64,000 nt of DNA. It comes from Acholeplasma sp. Its GTDB lineage: Bacteria; Bacillota_I; Bacilli_A; Acholeplasmatales; UBA5453. Shown piece by piece: positions 19,459 to 31,847 of this stretch (position 1 is the first letter of the stretch; each line of letters begins with the position of its first letter). A program made the position numbers and the translations under genes. The stretch spans positions 1 to 64,000 of the forward strand of contig JAVBWN010000025.1 in assembly GCA_036677365.1 (NCBI GenBank). The letters run 5' to 3'. The notes beneath the pieces are model-generated. The model was not told the DNA's origin. It did no database searches and saw only the letters and a program-made list of their open reading frames with translations.

Positions 19459-20427
19459 ATGGCCACAATCAAAGATGTCGCAAAACAAGCAGGGGTATCG
19501 ATCGCCACCGTATCCTATGTTATGAACAATGATCCAAGGATTAAAAAAGAAACCGCGGATAAGGTCCTTAAGGTTGCAGAAGAAATCAATTACTTACCGA
19601 ATGGGATCGCGAGAAATTTTAAGAAGAACAAGACGAACAACGTTTTGGTGTTGATTCACAACTTTGGTGGACCGATTTACCAAGAAATCTTAGAAGAAAT
19701 CCATACCACTTTAAAGGCGCTATCTTACAAAATGATTGTTTGTAGTGGTGAACTCGCACACAATCTATTACAAGAAAAACAAGCCGATGGGGCGATCGTG
19801 TTAGACACCACCGTGGAACCAAACTTGTTAGAACGGATTGCGAAAAAAGGTTTTCCAATCATCGACTTAAGAAAAATCTATGGTCCAACTTCTGAAATCA
19901 TTGTGAAAAGCATGGATGGGTTCACACCTGTGTATGAAGTCATTAAGTTGGCGATTCATTCGGGATTTTCGAAGTTTGGATTTATGCACGGGAATGAAGA
20001 TTCTCCAGACAACATCAAACGTTATCGGGGGTTTATCAAAGCAATCCAAGAAAACCAACTTCAACCGTTTTGTGAATTAAAAGGACAATTTAGGGAACAA
20101 TCCGGCTATCAAGCCATAAAAGATTATTTTGAAACAGGCAATATCTTGCCAGAAGTACTATTTTGTGCCAACGATGAAATGGCGATTGGGGTCATCAATT
20201 ACTTGAATGAAATGAAAGTAGATATCCCTAAAGCCATGAAAATCATTGGCTTCGATAACATTGAACTGGGCAAATATATCAAGCCACAGTTGACCACAAT
20301 TGACGTCAATCGTGCCGAATGGGCAAGGAACTTGGCAGAGTCGATTGTCTCCGCGATTGAAGGAAGAACCGCTGAAATTCAAAAATACGACGCTAGATTC
20401 GCAATCATCCGTCGTGAAACATTTTAA
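19459..20427 (+). CDS. LacI-family transcriptional regulator
   Basis: TIKDVAKQAGVSIATVS HTH; ANDEMAIG, IIGFDN, PQLTTI. Confidence 0.95.
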   Translation: MATIKDVAKQAGVSIATVSYVMNNDPRIKKETADKVLKVAEEINYLPNGIARNFKKNKTNNVLVLIHNFGGPIYQEILEEIHTTLKALSYKMIVCSGELAHNLLQEKQADGAIVLDTTVEPNLLERIAKKGFPIIDLRKIYGPTSEIIVKSMDGFTPVYEVIKLAIHSGFSKFGFMHGNEDSPDNIKRYRGFIKAIQENQLQPFCELKGQFREQSGYQAIKDYFETGNILPEVLFCANDEMAIGVINYLNEMKVDIPKAMKIIGFDNIELGKYIKPQLTTIDVNRAEWARNLAESIVSAIEGRTAEIQKYDARFAIIRRETF

Positions 20428-20441
20428 TGAGGAGGATTCAT

Positions 20442-21887
20442 ATGAAAAAAGTATTACTAATCATGGTTTTGATGTTTTCTGTTTCATTGCTTGTTGCATG
20501 TAACAATGGTGGCAACCATAATGATGGCAAAATCAAAATCACTTATGCCAACTGGAACTTAGGTGCACCGGATGCTGAAACCCCAAACATGGAACGTTTG
20601 ATGATTGAAGCATTTGAAGCAGCCAATCCAGACATCGATGTGGTCATTGTCGAACGTCCAAAAGTACCTGGTACAACCAATGACGTATCTTGGAGCGAAT
20701 TTTTAGCTGCAAGAGCATCCACAGAAAGCTTACCTGACGTCTTTATGGCGGATGATATTCCGTATTATGTCGTCAATGACTGGGCTTATAACATCAGTGA
20801 TATCGCGAATGCAGACCCAGAATTCTTAAACGTTTCTGAAGGTATCCGTGGGGCTGCTACATACAATGGTAAAGTCATGGCCTTACCAAATGCGGTATTT
20901 TATGCGGGTTATGTTGTCAATAAGAGTTTATATGATCAACGTGGTCAAGATTGGCCAACCACCACCACCACATTTGATGAGTTCATTCAAATGACCAAAG
21001 CGGCTGCCAACCATTCATCGACCACCAATACCGGTATTGTCGGTCTTGAAGGGATTGAACACATCATCCACTGGTACCCCGCACAACTCAATGCCAGCTA
21101 TGGTTGGTTTACAATGAATCAAAATGGATTCAACTTAGACTCCACTGAATTTGCTACAACCGTGGATTTCTATCGCAGTTTACAAACAGACACATCCTTC
21201 GTATTAGAAGCACTCCAATACGAAGCCGCTAAAGAAGATTCCACCATCGATATCGAAGCGATTTTCCAAGGGGGCAGTGCCGGTGCAGCATTCAATAACG
21301 GTGCCATTCTTGCGAAATGGTTCTATTCATGGGACTTTGGGTGGATGCAAGCAAACATCAATAATGGGACTTACACTTGGGATTTAGATTTCATTGGTAC
21401 CCCTGTCGTCAATGGCAACAAACGTGTACCAATCGTTGCTGACTTCTTTACCATTGCTTCCAATACCAAACAACCAGAAGCCGCGTATAAGCTTGCTAAA
21501 TGGATGGGCTTTGGGAAAGATGGGTACCTCAAACGCATTGAATTATCTAAAACCATTGAAGGTATTTCACAAGTCAACTTCGCACCACTTCAAAATGATG
21601 CAGACTTACTCGATGCTTACTTTGAACTTTACCCAGCATTCACAGGGTTAAGAGCAATTGTTGAAGCAGGTAATGTCGTTGTTGAACCACCAAAATTCTT
21701 GCCTGGTTATATCCAAGCCCGTTATCAAGGGACCTATGACGCTGAAAACAAGATGGGAGACATCATCAACAAGTTAAGATTCGGTGAAGTCTTGTATGCA
21801 GACGTACGCGTCAATTTAAACAACCGCGCTAATGCCATTTATAATGAAGCGAAAGCCGCGTTTGAACAAGCTTTACAATCACGTTAA
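20442..21887 (+). CDS. Carbohydrate ABC transporter solute-binding lipoprotein
   Basis: Lipobox LVAC, FEAANPDI, LPDVF; start after AGGAGG. Confidence 0.88.
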   Translation: MKKVLLIMVLMFSVSLLVACNNGGNHNDGKIKITYANWNLGAPDAETPNMERLMIEAFEAANPDIDVVIVERPKVPGTTNDVSWSEFLAARASTESLPDVFMADDIPYYVVNDWAYNISDIANADPEFLNVSEGIRGAATYNGKVMALPNAVFYAGYVVNKSLYDQRGQDWPTTTTTFDEFIQMTKAAANHSSTTNTGIVGLEGIEHIIHWYPAQLNASYGWFTMNQNGFNLDSTEFATTVDFYRSLQTDTSFVLEALQYEAAKEDSTIDIEAIFQGGSAGAAFNNGAILAKWFYSWDFGWMQANINNGTYTWDLDFIGTPVVNGNKRVPIVADFFTIASNTKQPEAAYKLAKWMGFGKDGYLKRIELSKTIEGISQVNFAPLQNDADLLDAYFELYPAFTGLRAIVEAGNVVVEPPKFLPGYIQARYQGTYDAENKMGDIINKLRFGEVLYADVRVNLNNRANAIYNEAKAAFEQALQSR

Positions 21888-21899
21888 AAGAATTGAGTG

Positions 21900-21925
21900 G
21901 GGGAAATCTACGTCCGGATTTCCCC
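21900..21925 (+). other. Intercistronic stem-loop (mRNA stabiliser/attenuator)
   Basis: ggggaaatc...gatttcccc right after the SBP gene, without a clean U-tract. Confidence 0.6.
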
Positions 21926-21956
21926 TTCTTCAAATGATATGCTGTGGAGGGTATGT

Positions 21957-24881
21957 ATGAATATATCGACTAAAATGCGAAAAATCATGATGTTATCGCT
22001 GGGGGGACTCCTCCTTATCTGGGTAGTCAACCTCATTGTTCAAAACCTCAACCCTGAGGTAGCGAAACCCACCTTAATTGAATATACCACCACCGCCCCT
22101 TCGAACACATACGCGGCTTTTTTACAGTCGCACGATACGACATACAACAATGATCAAAACCACACATTTCCAGCTTCATCCTTCATTTTAGAACCAGGCG
22201 AAGCCATTTCTGTGGGTGGTTTTTATGATTGGATAGACCCGACCCGAATTCAAATTGAATTAAGTGGAATGACCTCGGGCTTATATCAAGTATGGTTAAC
22301 GTATCAAGCCAACCCAGATAACTATTTGCCAATTGTCTTATCGATGACCATCGATGGGGTCTTGCCTTACCAAGAAGCCACCCAAGGGTCATTGGATACG
22401 TATTGGGTCGAAGCCGATGATACCGTACGTCAAGACCGTTATGGTAATGACGTGTCTGTTTTAAAAGCAACTTACGATGATTTTATACGTAAAACACTGA
22501 AAGACCCCAATCGTTTATATACCGAAGGGTTGTTGGTGTATTTAACACCTGCGAATTTGACCCTTGAACTGGAAAAAATCTCGGGGGCTTTGAAGTTACA
22601 AGCCATCGAACTATCACCGCTTCAAGCGTTACCAACCTATGCAGAATATTTGCCAAATGGCAGTATGGTAGAAGTTGGCAATCACCGTTTTGAAGCTGAA
22701 GATATGTTCTTGATGAACCACTCTAGCATCACGAGAGGCATTTCAAAAGACATCGGTGTATTGCCATTTTCGATTTCAAAATTAAAACTCAATGTGTTGG
22801 GCACTGAAAACTACCAAGAACCTGGTGACGCCGTGTCTTGGGTGGTCGATATAGACCAACCTGGGTATTATATGCTCACATTTAAGGTTCAACAAAACAG
22901 ACAAAAAACCACCTCTTATCGCACACTTTATATCAATGGGGAAATCCCATTTGAAGAAGCCAAACATTTGCCATTTGGGTTCAGCCGAAACTGGCAAAAT
23001 GTGACATTATCCAGTTTTGAAGATGAACCGTACCTCTTTTATTTAGAACCTGGAGACATCATCACTTTAGAAGTCGATAGCCGCTTATTCATCGATATTG
23101 GAAGAAAAATGCGCATGATTTCGGATGAAATGACCCAATTTGGTCTAGAAGTGACCAAACTCACCAGAAACAACGTGGATAAATCCATCGACTGGGATAT
23201 GATTGCGTATTTTCCCGATATTTATACGCGATTAGAATCCTGGACTTTTGGTTTAACCGAAGTGATCGACGCTTTAGATCAATTATATGGTTACAGGGGA
23301 GACTCTAAAACCGTTTCAGATTTAAAAGCAGCCCGTTCGAAAATTCAAACTTTAATCAAAGACATCGATGAAATCCCTAGACGATTGACATTATTATCGA
23401 CAGGGTCATCTTCGGCGGTGACTTTAATCTCAGGACAAATCGATGTTGTTTTACAACAACCGCTCGTCATGGATGCTTTCTTTTTACATGGCAATCACAA
23501 CTTACCAAGAGCGAATGCGCGTTTCTTCCAATCGTTAGTCATTGGTGTACAACGTTTTTTCGCCTCCTTCATCAACCCTTCTTATTCTGAAGGGGTAGCG
23601 CCAGATGAAATCGAAGTATGGGTCAATCGCTCTAGACAATACGTTGACCTCATTCAACGCATCACCGATGGTGTGTTCACAGAACAAACGGGCATCAAAG
23701 TGAAAGTATCGATCATGAATGACGATGGCAAACTCTTGCTCGCCAATTCAGCCGATAAGCAACCCGATGTCGCCCTAGGGGTATCCGCATGGATTCCAAA
23801 CGATTACGGGATGCGGGGGATGTTGGTGGATTTATCGACCATGCCTGGGTTTGAACAAACCCTCAAAGTATATAACCCAGAACAAGTGGTACCGATGATT
23901 TATGACAACCAATTGTTCGGTTTACCGGAAACTGAAAACTTTTATGTGTTGGTCTATCGTAAAGACATATTAGATCAACTCGAATTATCGGTACCCGATA
24001 CATGGGACGATGTTTTAAGCATGTTACCGATCCTGGAACGTTATGGGATGAGTTTTTATGTCCCATTGTCAAACAACAGCAGTTTGAAATCCTTTGACAC
24101 CACCGCCCCATTCATTTTCCAATTTGGGGGTCAATTATATGCAGAAGATGGGTTATCTGCGGCGATAGACAATGAAAATACCATCCAAGCGATGACGTTC
24201 ATGGCCGATTTATACCGTGAATACAGCTTATCTTATCAAGTACCGAGCTTTTTCAATAGTTTTAGATATGGAAAAATCCCTGTGGGTATCGCTGATTTTG
24301 GGATGTACCTTCAATTATTAAACGCTGCCTCTGAAATTAAAGGTTTGTGGGACATCGCTTTGGTTCCTGGGGTTGAACGCGATGGCGAAATCCATCGAGA
24401 CATGCCAGGGGCACAACAAGCCAGCATATTGTTTAAAAAGAGTCAAAAACAAGACGATGCGTGGCAGTTCATGCAGTGGTGGCACTCAACAGAAACCCAG
24501 GTGCTCTTTTCCAATACCTTAATCAATACCTTAGGTACAAGATATTTATGGAACACAGCGAATTTGGAAGCTTTTGAACAACTCAATTGGAATAAAGCCC
24601 ATCAAGCCGTGATTTTAGAACAATGGACCCATCTAAGAGAAGTACCAAAGATTCCGGGGTCATATATGGTTGAGCGTGAACTATCGAACACCTTGAATAG
24701 TGTGGTCTTCTATGACGCTAACTTAAGAAGTACGATGACCGACAGCATCCTCAAGATGAATAAAGAAATCAGTCGAAAGATGCTGGAATTTGGTTACATC
24801 AACCAAAGGGGCGAATCATTAAAACCATTCATCATACCGAATCGTGAGATCGTTGAAGGGTGGGTGAATGACCATGAGTAA
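21957..24881 (+). CDS. Large multidomain extracellular solute-binding protein (CBM-like N-terminal part, C-terminal SBP domain)
   Basis: N-terminal TM anchor, RFEAED beta-sandwich-like region, C-terminal PDVAL / YRKDILD / PDTWDD SBP motifs; ATG 21957 after GGAGG. Confidence 0.8.
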   Translation: MNISTKMRKIMMLSLGGLLLIWVVNLIVQNLNPEVAKPTLIEYTTTAPSNTYAAFLQSHDTTYNNDQNHTFPASSFILEPGEAISVGGFYDWIDPTRIQIELSGMTSGLYQVWLTYQANPDNYLPIVLSMTIDGVLPYQEATQGSLDTYWVEADDTVRQDRYGNDVSVLKATYDDFIRKTLKDPNRLYTEGLLVYLTPANLTLELEKISGALKLQAIELSPLQALPTYAEYLPNGSMVEVGNHRFEAEDMFLMNHSSITRGISKDIGVLPFSISKLKLNVLGTENYQEPGDAVSWVVDIDQPGYYMLTFKVQQNRQKTTSYRTLYINGEIPFEEAKHLPFGFSRNWQNVTLSSFEDEPYLFYLEPGDIITLEVDSRLFIDIGRKMRMISDEMTQFGLEVTKLTRNNVDKSIDWDMIAYFPDIYTRLESWTFGLTEVIDALDQLYGYRGDSKTVSDLKAARSKIQTLIKDIDEIPRRLTLLSTGSSSAVTLISGQIDVVLQQPLVMDAFFLHGNHNLPRANARFFQSLVIGVQRFFASFINPSYSEGVAPDEIEVWVNRSRQYVDLIQRITDGVFTEQTGIKVKVSIMNDDGKLLLANSADKQPDVALGVSAWIPNDYGMRGMLVDLSTMPGFEQTLKVYNPEQVVPMIYDNQLFGLPETENFYVLVYRKDILDQLELSVPDTWDDVLSMLPILERYGMSFYVPLSNNSSLKSFDTTAPFIFQFGGQLYAEDGLSAAIDNENTIQAMTFMADLYREYSLSYQVPSFFNSFRYGKIPVGIADFGMYLQLLNAASEIKGLWDIALVPGVERDGEIHRDMPGAQQASILFKKSQKQDDAWQFMQWWHSTETQVLFSNTLINTLGTRYLWNTANLEAFEQLNWNKAHQAVILEQWTHLREVPKIPGSYMVERELSNTLNSVVFYDANLRSTMTDSILKMNKEISRKMLEFGYINQRGESLKPFIIPNREIVEGWVNDHE

Positions 24882-25800
24882 GTTTAAAACCTTCATTGAG
24901 GTTGAAAAACGTAAGTTCAAACAAGACGATAAGGCAGCTTATTTATTCGCACTCCCTTATACGTTGCTTTTTATCACCTTCATCGTCGTTCCGATTTTAC
25001 TCGCGATTTTATTGAGTTTTACCACCTATGACTTGGTGAGCTCACCGAAACCCATTGGCATGAACAACTATATTTATTTATTAACCAGCGATGAAGAATT
25101 CATGAAATACATCCTCGCCAACACCATCAAATTTTCCATTTTGGTTGGACCTGGTGGTTATGTTTTATCCTTCATCTTAGCGTGGTGTTTGGCACAACTC
25201 CCACACCGCTTAAGAACCATCCTCGCCGTGATTTTATATACCCCATCTTTAACTGCAGGGGTCACGATGAGTGTCATTTGGAAAGTGTTTTTCGCAGGGG
25301 ATTCGAGCGGTTATTTAAACTATATCTTATTGGAGTTGGGTTTGATTGTTGAACCGATTGCGTTCTTACAATCCCCACAATACTTATTCACCATCATGGT
25401 TTTAGTCACCCTATGGGGGTCCATGGGTGTGGGGTTCTTAGCGATGCTCGCGGGTATTTTGAATGTCGATAAAGAACTCTATGAAGCGGCTTATTTGGAT
25501 GGGGTTAAAAACCGTTTCCAGGAAGTCATCCACATCACCATTCCTTCGATGAAACCACAAATGCTATTTGGTGCGGTTATGGCGATCGTGACCGCCTTCT
25601 CCACTGGCGCGATTGGGGTACAACTGTCGGGGAGTAACCCAACCCCAAACTATGCAGGGTCACTCATAGTTAACCACATTGAAGACTTTGGTTTCATCCG
25701 TTATGACATGGGTTACGCGGCAGCGTTATCTGTGGCATTGTTATTCTTGATATATTTCTTCAGCAAGATTGCATACCGATTATTTGGAGAAAGGGACTAG
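24868..25800 (+). CDS. Sugar ABC transporter permease (MalF-like)
   Basis: [13 protein letters not shown] loop, 6 TM. Confidence 0.92.
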   Translation: MTMSKFKTFIEVEKRKFKQDDKAAYLFALPYTLLFITFIVVPILLAILLSFTTYDLVSSPKPIGMNNYIYLLTSDEEFMKYILANTIKFSILVGPGGYVLSFILAWCLAQLPHRLRTILAVILYTPSLTAGVTMSVIWKVFFAGDSSGYLNYILLELGLIVEPIAFLQSPQYLFTIMVLVTLWGSMGVGFLAMLAGILNVDKELYEAAYLDGVKNRFQEVIHITIPSMKPQMLFGAVMAIVTAFSTGAIGVQLSGSNPTPNYAGSLIVNHIEDFGFIRYDMGYAAALSVALLFLIYFFSKIAYRLFGERD

Positions 25801-26682
25801 GTGACAAACATGCCAAAATTTCAAGCCGTCAGAACCAATCCCGATAAATTTCATCTATCGCAATTGCCTTATTTACTCATTGTATTGCCATTTGCGGCCG
25901 TCATGGTGCTGCCTTTAGCATACATTTTTAACCACGCGTTTAAACCATTTGATGAACTGATCGAATACCCACCAAGGTTCTTTGTTCAAAGACCGACTTG
26001 GGATAATTTCATCGAACTCTTCCAAGCATCGACAACCACGGGGATTCCCGTATCTAGGTATTTATTCAACTCGATCGTCATTACACTTTTGGTTGTATTC
26101 TTATCGATTTTCCTAAGCAGTATTACAGGATATGCCTTATCTAAAATGAAGTTTCATATCAACCGTGTGTTGTCTGAAATCAACACCATCGCGATGATGT
26201 TTGTCGGTACTGCAGTCATCATCCCGCGTTATATCATCACCGAAAGTTTTGGTTTGGTGGATACCTTCTGGGTTCACATCATCCCAGCACTGGCTGTGCC
26301 GATTGGGCTATTCTTAATCAAACAATTCATTGATCAAATACCCAATGAACTGATAGAAGCGGCGAAAATCGATGGGGCGACCCACTTTACGATTTATTTA
26401 AAAATCATTTTACCGCTCATCAAACCAGCCCTCGCTACCATCGCGATTTTATCGTTCCAATCGGTTTGGAACAACGCCGATGTGTCAGCGACTTACATCA
26501 ATTCAGACAGTTTAAGAACATTTGCTTATTACATGTCGACACTGTCCTCAGCGTCTAACCAAGTGGTTGGGATCGGGATGAGTGCCGCGGCCAGCTTGAT
26601 CATGTTCTTACCGAACTTAATCATCTTTATATTCCTACAAAGTAAAGTCATGAACACCATGGCTCACTCTGGGATTAAGTAG
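25801..26682 (+). CDS. Carbohydrate ABC transporter permease (MalG-like)
   Basis: ELIEAAKIDGA EAA loop. Confidence 0.92.
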   Translation: MTNMPKFQAVRTNPDKFHLSQLPYLLIVLPFAAVMVLPLAYIFNHAFKPFDELIEYPPRFFVQRPTWDNFIELFQASTTTGIPVSRYLFNSIVITLLVVFLSIFLSSITGYALSKMKFHINRVLSEINTIAMMFVGTAVIIPRYIITESFGLVDTFWVHIIPALAVPIGLFLIKQFIDQIPNELIEAAKIDGATHFTIYLKIILPLIKPALATIAILSFQSVWNNADVSATYINSDSLRTFAYYMSTLSSASNQVVGIGMSAAASLIMFLPNLIIFIFLQSKVMNTMAHSGIK

Positions 26683-26691
26683 GAGGCCATC

Positions 26692-28710
26692 ATGAAAAAA
26701 ATCATTGGATTGATGTGCATTCTCCTGGGCTTGAGCTTCCTATTTTCACCCATTAAAACAGAAGCTTCACAAGCGACGACAGGGATTCCATACAATACCT
26801 ACACTTTAGGGGAATACAACCGTTTGGTTCAAACCCAAACCGCCTACATTCCAGTCGGCACGTTGGGTCAATTGAATTTGAAAAACCCACAGGATATATA
26901 TCAAAAAAACAACCAGTTATTTATCGCTGACACCGGCAATAAACGTGTGTTATGGGTTGAACTCGATGGGTCAATCATCGATACATTCGATTCAGCTGAA
27001 TTTGTAACACCGACAGGTGTATTTGTCCATAACAATAATTTATACGTCGCGGATAAGGATGCGAGAACGGTATTTATCATCGATATACCAAGTAAAACCA
27101 TCCAAACCCGTATCACCAAACCAACCTCACCAATTTTCGGTGCGAACAATGCGTTTTTACCTACGAAAGTCGTGGTCGGTTCGAATGACGCGATTTATGT
27201 CGTGGGTGAAGGCTCTACGTCAGGGATCATTCAACTGAATTACGCGGGAGAATTTGTTGGGTATTTGGGTATCAACAGCGTTTCCATCAGCTTTAGAAAA
27301 TTCTTATACAATTTATTCGTGAAAGATTCCGATTTGGCATCTTCACTACCACCATCGCCAACCAATGTGGCTTTGGGTCAAAAAGGGTCAATACTCACCA
27401 CGAACATCAATTTCAGTCAATCGTTCAAACGTTTGAATATTTCCGGTGTGAATACGTTGTTATCGGATACCTTGTACCCAAGTACCGCACTCGCAGATAT
27501 TTGGATGAACGATGAAAATTACATTTATATGGTATCGACTGCCGGCGACATTTATGAATATGACGCCAATGGCCGTTTGTTATTTCAGTTCAATACCAAA
27601 GACAGTTCGATGAAACAAACCTTGGGGTTGACCAATACCCCATCGGGGATTACCACCGATGAGGCGGGTAATCTGTATGTATTAGACCGGATTTATAACA
27701 ACATTCAAATCTACCAAAGAACTGTGTTTGTAGATTTGGTTCATACCGCTGTTACCTTATATAACGAAGGTAAATATTTAGAGTCTAAACCCATTTGGGA
27801 AGAAATTCTAAGACAAAATACAGGGTTCGCTTTGGCACACGCCGCTTTAGGTGAAGCGTTGGTCAAAGAAGGTAATTTTGAAGATGCCTTAGCTGCGTTC
27901 TTTGAAGCGAAGGACTTGGCTGGTTACTCGAATGCGTACTGGGAAATCAGAAATATCGCGATACAAAATTACTTAGTTACTTGGGTATTGATTGGATTAG
28001 GTTTATTTGTTGTTTATAAGGTAATGAAAAATAGCGTCGAATATCTACCACTTTACAGAACAATCCAATCGAAACTAAAAGATTTCAATCAAATTGAAGT
28101 GGTATCGCAAATTAGATTGACCAAACAAATCTTTAAAAAACCAGCGGACTTGGTCTATTATGTGAAAAGGGAAAATAAAGGTGGATACCTCAGTGGGTTT
28201 ATCATCTTACTCGCATTCATCTCGGTTTATCTAGCCGATACGTATTTGTCGGGTTTCTTGTTTAGAAATCATTTTGTCGGCAATTTAATTCAAGAACTCA
28301 GTCTCGTATTGACCCTATTTGGTTTATATGTGGTGGTCAATTACTTGGTATCCACGTTCTCTGATGGTGAAGGTCGATTCAAAGATGTGTTTGTCATGTC
28401 TACCTACGCTTTGATTCCATATATTTTATTCATGCCAGGCATGACGATTTTATCGCATTTCCTCACTTACAATGAATCATTCATCTATACGTTCTACCAT
28501 CAAGTGGTATTCTATTACACCATTTTCTTATTCATCTATACGTTAAAAGAAGTACACAATTACACCTTGTTAGAAACCATCAAGAGTATCGTACTCATTG
28601 TATTTGGGATATTTATCCTCGTATTGATGGGATTACTGATTTACGCATTTATGGGTCAAGTGTGGGACTTCATCGTTTCCATCATTAAGGAGGTGATCTA
28701 CCGTGTCTAA
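26692..28710 (+). CDS. NHL beta-propeller + TPR + YIP1-like membrane protein
   Basis: Signal peptide, NHL repeats (PQDIY..LFIADTGN, PTGVFV..LYVAD, PSGITTD..LYVLD), TPR-like helices, C-terminal 5-TM region. Confidence 0.75.
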   Translation: MKKIIGLMCILLGLSFLFSPIKTEASQATTGIPYNTYTLGEYNRLVQTQTAYIPVGTLGQLNLKNPQDIYQKNNQLFIADTGNKRVLWVELDGSIIDTFDSAEFVTPTGVFVHNNNLYVADKDARTVFIIDIPSKTIQTRITKPTSPIFGANNAFLPTKVVVGSNDAIYVVGEGSTSGIIQLNYAGEFVGYLGINSVSISFRKFLYNLFVKDSDLASSLPPSPTNVALGQKGSILTTNINFSQSFKRLNISGVNTLLSDTLYPSTALADIWMNDENYIYMVSTAGDIYEYDANGRLLFQFNTKDSSMKQTLGLTNTPSGITTDEAGNLYVLDRIYNNIQIYQRTVFVDLVHTAVTLYNEGKYLESKPIWEEILRQNTGFALAHAALGEALVKEGNFEDALAAFFEAKDLAGYSNAYWEIRNIAIQNYLVTWVLIGLGLFVVYKVMKNSVEYLPLYRTIQSKLKDFNQIEVVSQIRLTKQIFKKPADLVYYVKRENKGGYLSGFIILLAFISVYLADTYLSGFLFRNHFVGNLIQELSLVLTLFGLYVVVNYLVSTFSDGEGRFKDVFVMSTYALIPYILFMPGMTILSHFLTYNESFIYTFYHQVVFYYTIFLFIYTLKEVHNYTLLETIKSIVLIVFGIFILVLMGLLIYAFMGQVWDFIVSIIKEVIYRV

Positions 28711-30973
28711 ACAAATCATCTTAAAATTATGGATCATTTTGTCTGTCCTCGCCTTGGGTGTGGGGGTAAAAATCGCCATCGATAGTGCCGTGTTGACCTC
28801 GGCAGATCAACCATTACCGAGTTTTACCCAAATCACCGATTATGTATCATCGAACCGTTATACCCAGGTGGACGATTTGAGTGTAGCCGTAAGCCCATAT
28901 GTGGTTGACCCAGAACATACCGTCATTCCGACTGAACTTGGCAATGTCTATTTGGATATGAGTTCATTGTCATTCATGATTGAAAATGAACACGGGTATA
29001 TGTTTTCAAGCACCATCGATTACGCGACATCGGGTCTTTCGAACAACTGGCAACGCCGTGTGAGAAGTGCGATTCATATTTATTCGTATAACACCAATAC
29101 CTCAAACAATGCGAGAACAGAAGAATTCATTTTATCGGAAAATACCTCTAAAACCACACGCATCATCGACAATGGGTTTGAATCAACCATTCGTTTTGGT
29201 ATTTCTCGTATCGCCATCACCGTCAAAGTATTATTCTTGAACGATGGCATCACGGTGGAAATACCAAACGAATCCATCGTTGAAACAGGCAATTTTAAAC
29301 TCGCCTCGATTTATGTGTATCCGTATTTAGGTGCGGTTAGAGAAAATAGTACCCCTGGGTATATGTTCGTACCCGACGGGGTGGGTGCACTCATTCGCTA
29401 TCCAGCCGCGTCTACGACCAATCCTTATGCAAAAGAATTTTATTCGCCAAATCTATCGTTCAATACCGAAACGAATTTAAACCGAATGATTTCTGAAGGC
29501 ACGCAACTTTACGCCCCTGTGTTTGGTTTTGTGCATGGGATCAACCAAAATGCGATGTTCGCTACCATTGAATCGGGTGCAGAAAATGGCGTATTAACCA
29601 TCAATTATGCGGGGGGACTCACCCCATATAACGCTATTTTCACCGAATTCATTTACCGCCGTATTTACAATCAACCGATCGATAAAGCCGGCAATGTCAT
29701 CACTTTGATGCAAGCCAATCGTAACCCAATCGATATCAAAATCAAATACCAGATGTTGACTGGTGAAGATGCGAATTATGTCGGGATGGCGAAAGCTTAC
29801 CGTGAACAATTGATTTCTACCAACCAACTCAACAGACAGTTACCACAAGTAAACGATTCACCGCTCAAACTCGAATCGATTGGTTTGGTGAAAAAAGATG
29901 GTATTTTGTTTGCTGATAACATCGTCATGACTACCGTTAAAGCACTCAGTGCCATGGTTCAAAGTTTATCTCTTGATGTGAATAACATCGTCGTTGCCTA
30001 CGATGGGTTTACCAACACTGGCGCATCTTGGGACGGCCCGAATTATGGTGGGTTATCCAACCGTTTGGGCAGTTCTAAAGATATTGAAACTTTAAAAGCA
30101 CAAGTAGCATCCTTGTATTTCGTGACGGATGCTTTGAAAGCCAGCAACCGTTCAGGTGACTATCAAGCCTTCACCGATTTGGCGAAAAAAATCAATGAAC
30201 AAAGTTATCGTTTCGTTGAATTAGACCACAACCGCTTTTTACTCAAACATTCTAAAGTCAAATCCAGTTATGAGTCTTCAGTCCATCGTCTATCGAAATA
30301 TGATATCGATGGGTTAGCGATGCATTCGCTTGGTAATACCTTATACGCCGATTATGGGACAGGGGTTAGTTTAGGTGATTCGATTGAGATTTTCCAAAAC
30401 ATGTTGAGTGATCGAACCGTTAAGACCGCACTGTATGATGCGTATGCTTATTTATGGGGAAGCATGGATGCGTATTTCGATATGCCGATGTATTCATCTC
30501 AATATTTAACGTTTAGTGATACCGTCCCATTCATCCCAATCGTATTGAAAGGGTCTATGGATTTATTCGGTTCGAACGCCAACTTCTATGATTACGCCAG
30601 AGATCAACTCTTAAGAAGCATCGACTATGGTGTAAACTTATCGTTTGTCGTCACACAAGCTTCATCGAAATCACTTCAAGATACCGCTTTACGACACATC
30701 TACACATCACGCTTTGAAGATATGAAACCCGCGATCGAAACTTACTACGCATTTGTCAACGGGGCATTGTCATTCGTTCAAGGTCAAACCATCGAATCGC
30801 GTGTGGTTTTACAAGATGGCGTCGTTAAAATCGTTTATGAAGACAACACCACCATTTATGTGAACTATTTAAATCAAATGGTCATCGCCGATGGCAGTGT
30901 GGTTTTACCTAAAAACTACATCGTCGTTAAAAATGGGGTAAAACTCTCTCTTACCATGGGAGGTGTCCTATGA
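28703..30973 (+). CDS. DUF5696-like extracellular protein
   Basis: N-terminal TM anchor, GYMFVPDGVGALI, PVFG, ANYVGMAKAYR; typical position in these ABC loci. Confidence 0.7.
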   Translation: MSKQIILKLWIILSVLALGVGVKIAIDSAVLTSADQPLPSFTQITDYVSSNRYTQVDDLSVAVSPYVVDPEHTVIPTELGNVYLDMSSLSFMIENEHGYMFSSTIDYATSGLSNNWQRRVRSAIHIYSYNTNTSNNARTEEFILSENTSKTTRIIDNGFESTIRFGISRIAITVKVLFLNDGITVEIPNESIVETGNFKLASIYVYPYLGAVRENSTPGYMFVPDGVGALIRYPAASTTNPYAKEFYSPNLSFNTETNLNRMISEGTQLYAPVFGFVHGINQNAMFATIESGAENGVLTINYAGGLTPYNAIFTEFIYRRIYNQPIDKAGNVITLMQANRNPIDIKIKYQMLTGEDANYVGMAKAYREQLISTNQLNRQLPQVNDSPLKLESIGLVKKDGILFADNIVMTTVKALSAMVQSLSLDVNNIVVAYDGFTNTGASWDGPNYGGLSNRLGSSKDIETLKAQVASLYFVTDALKASNRSGDYQAFTDLAKKINEQSYRFVELDHNRFLLKHSKVKSSYESSVHRLSKYDIDGLAMHSLGNTLYADYGTGVSLGDSIEIFQNMLSDRTVKTALYDAYAYLWGSMDAYFDMPMYSSQYLTFSDTVPFIPIVLKGSMDLFGSNANFYDYARDQLLRSIDYGVNLSFVVTQASSKSLQDTALRHIYTSRFEDMKPAIETYYAFVNGALSFVQGQTIESRVVLQDGVVKIVYEDNTTIYVNYLNQMVIADGSVVLPKNYIVVKNGVKLSLTMGGVL

Positions 30974-31845
30974 AAAAGCCAATGGCTAGAGCCACCCGTG
31001 AGAATATTTATGGGTACATGTTCATCGGTATTTGGGTGTTGGGGTTCATCGTATTTATGGTCTACCCATTACTCACTTCCATTTATTACAGTTTAAATGA
31101 AGTCAGATTCACGGCGAATGGGATCAGAACCACATTTGTCGGGTTGGATAATTACTTAAAGATTTTCCAAATCGAACAAGGGTTTGTGTTTGTGGAATCC
31201 TTAACTGGGTTCTTACAACAAATGGTCTTACAAATTCCGGTCATCGTGGTATTTTCCATTTTAATTGCGTTATTGCTTAATCAAAAGATCAAAGGTAGAG
31301 GTATTTTTAGAAGTATATTTTTCCTACCTGTCATCATATCTTCTGGCCCAGTCATCAATGAACTCATTTCACAAGGGGCTGGGGGGACCAATATATTTGA
31401 TTCGTATGGTTTTATTTCAATTATCGAGTCAACTCTGAATCCTGGGTTAGCCAAACCCATCGTGGATTTATTCTCACAAATCATCATCATTTTCTGGTTC
31501 AGTGGGGTTCAAATCTTGATATTTATCGCAGGACTTCAAAAAATCGATGGTCAAATATATGAAGCCGCACAAATCGATGGCGCAGGACCGTGGCAATCAT
31601 TCTGGAAAATTACCATGCCATCGTTGTCGAGTTTGATTTTTGTCAATACGATTTACACCATTGTTCTACTGACCACATTCTCAGAGAATAAAGTCATCTT
31701 ATCGATCAAATCCAACATGTTTAATACGGTAACAGGGTTTGGCATGGCTTCAGCGATGGCGTGGATGTATGCATTGGTCGTATTCGTAACCATTGGTTTG
31801 GTCGCGTTCTTGTTTAGGACGAAGAACCCAAGAAGGAGGTTTTGA
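30970..31845 (+). CDS. Sugar ABC transporter permease (second MalF-like)
   Basis: IYEAAQIDGA EAA loop. Confidence 0.92.
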   Translation: MKKPMARATRENIYGYMFIGIWVLGFIVFMVYPLLTSIYYSLNEVRFTANGIRTTFVGLDNYLKIFQIEQGFVFVESLTGFLQQMVLQIPVIVVFSILIALLLNQKIKGRGIFRSIFFLPVIISSGPVINELISQGAGGTNIFDSYGFISIIESTLNPGLAKPIVDLFSQIIIIFWFSGVQILIFIAGLQKIDGQIYEAAQIDGAGPWQSFWKITMPSLSSLIFVNTIYTIVLLTTFSENKVILSIKSNMFNTVTGFGMASAMAWMYALVVFVTIGLVAFLFRTKNPRRRF

Positions 31846-31847
31846 GG

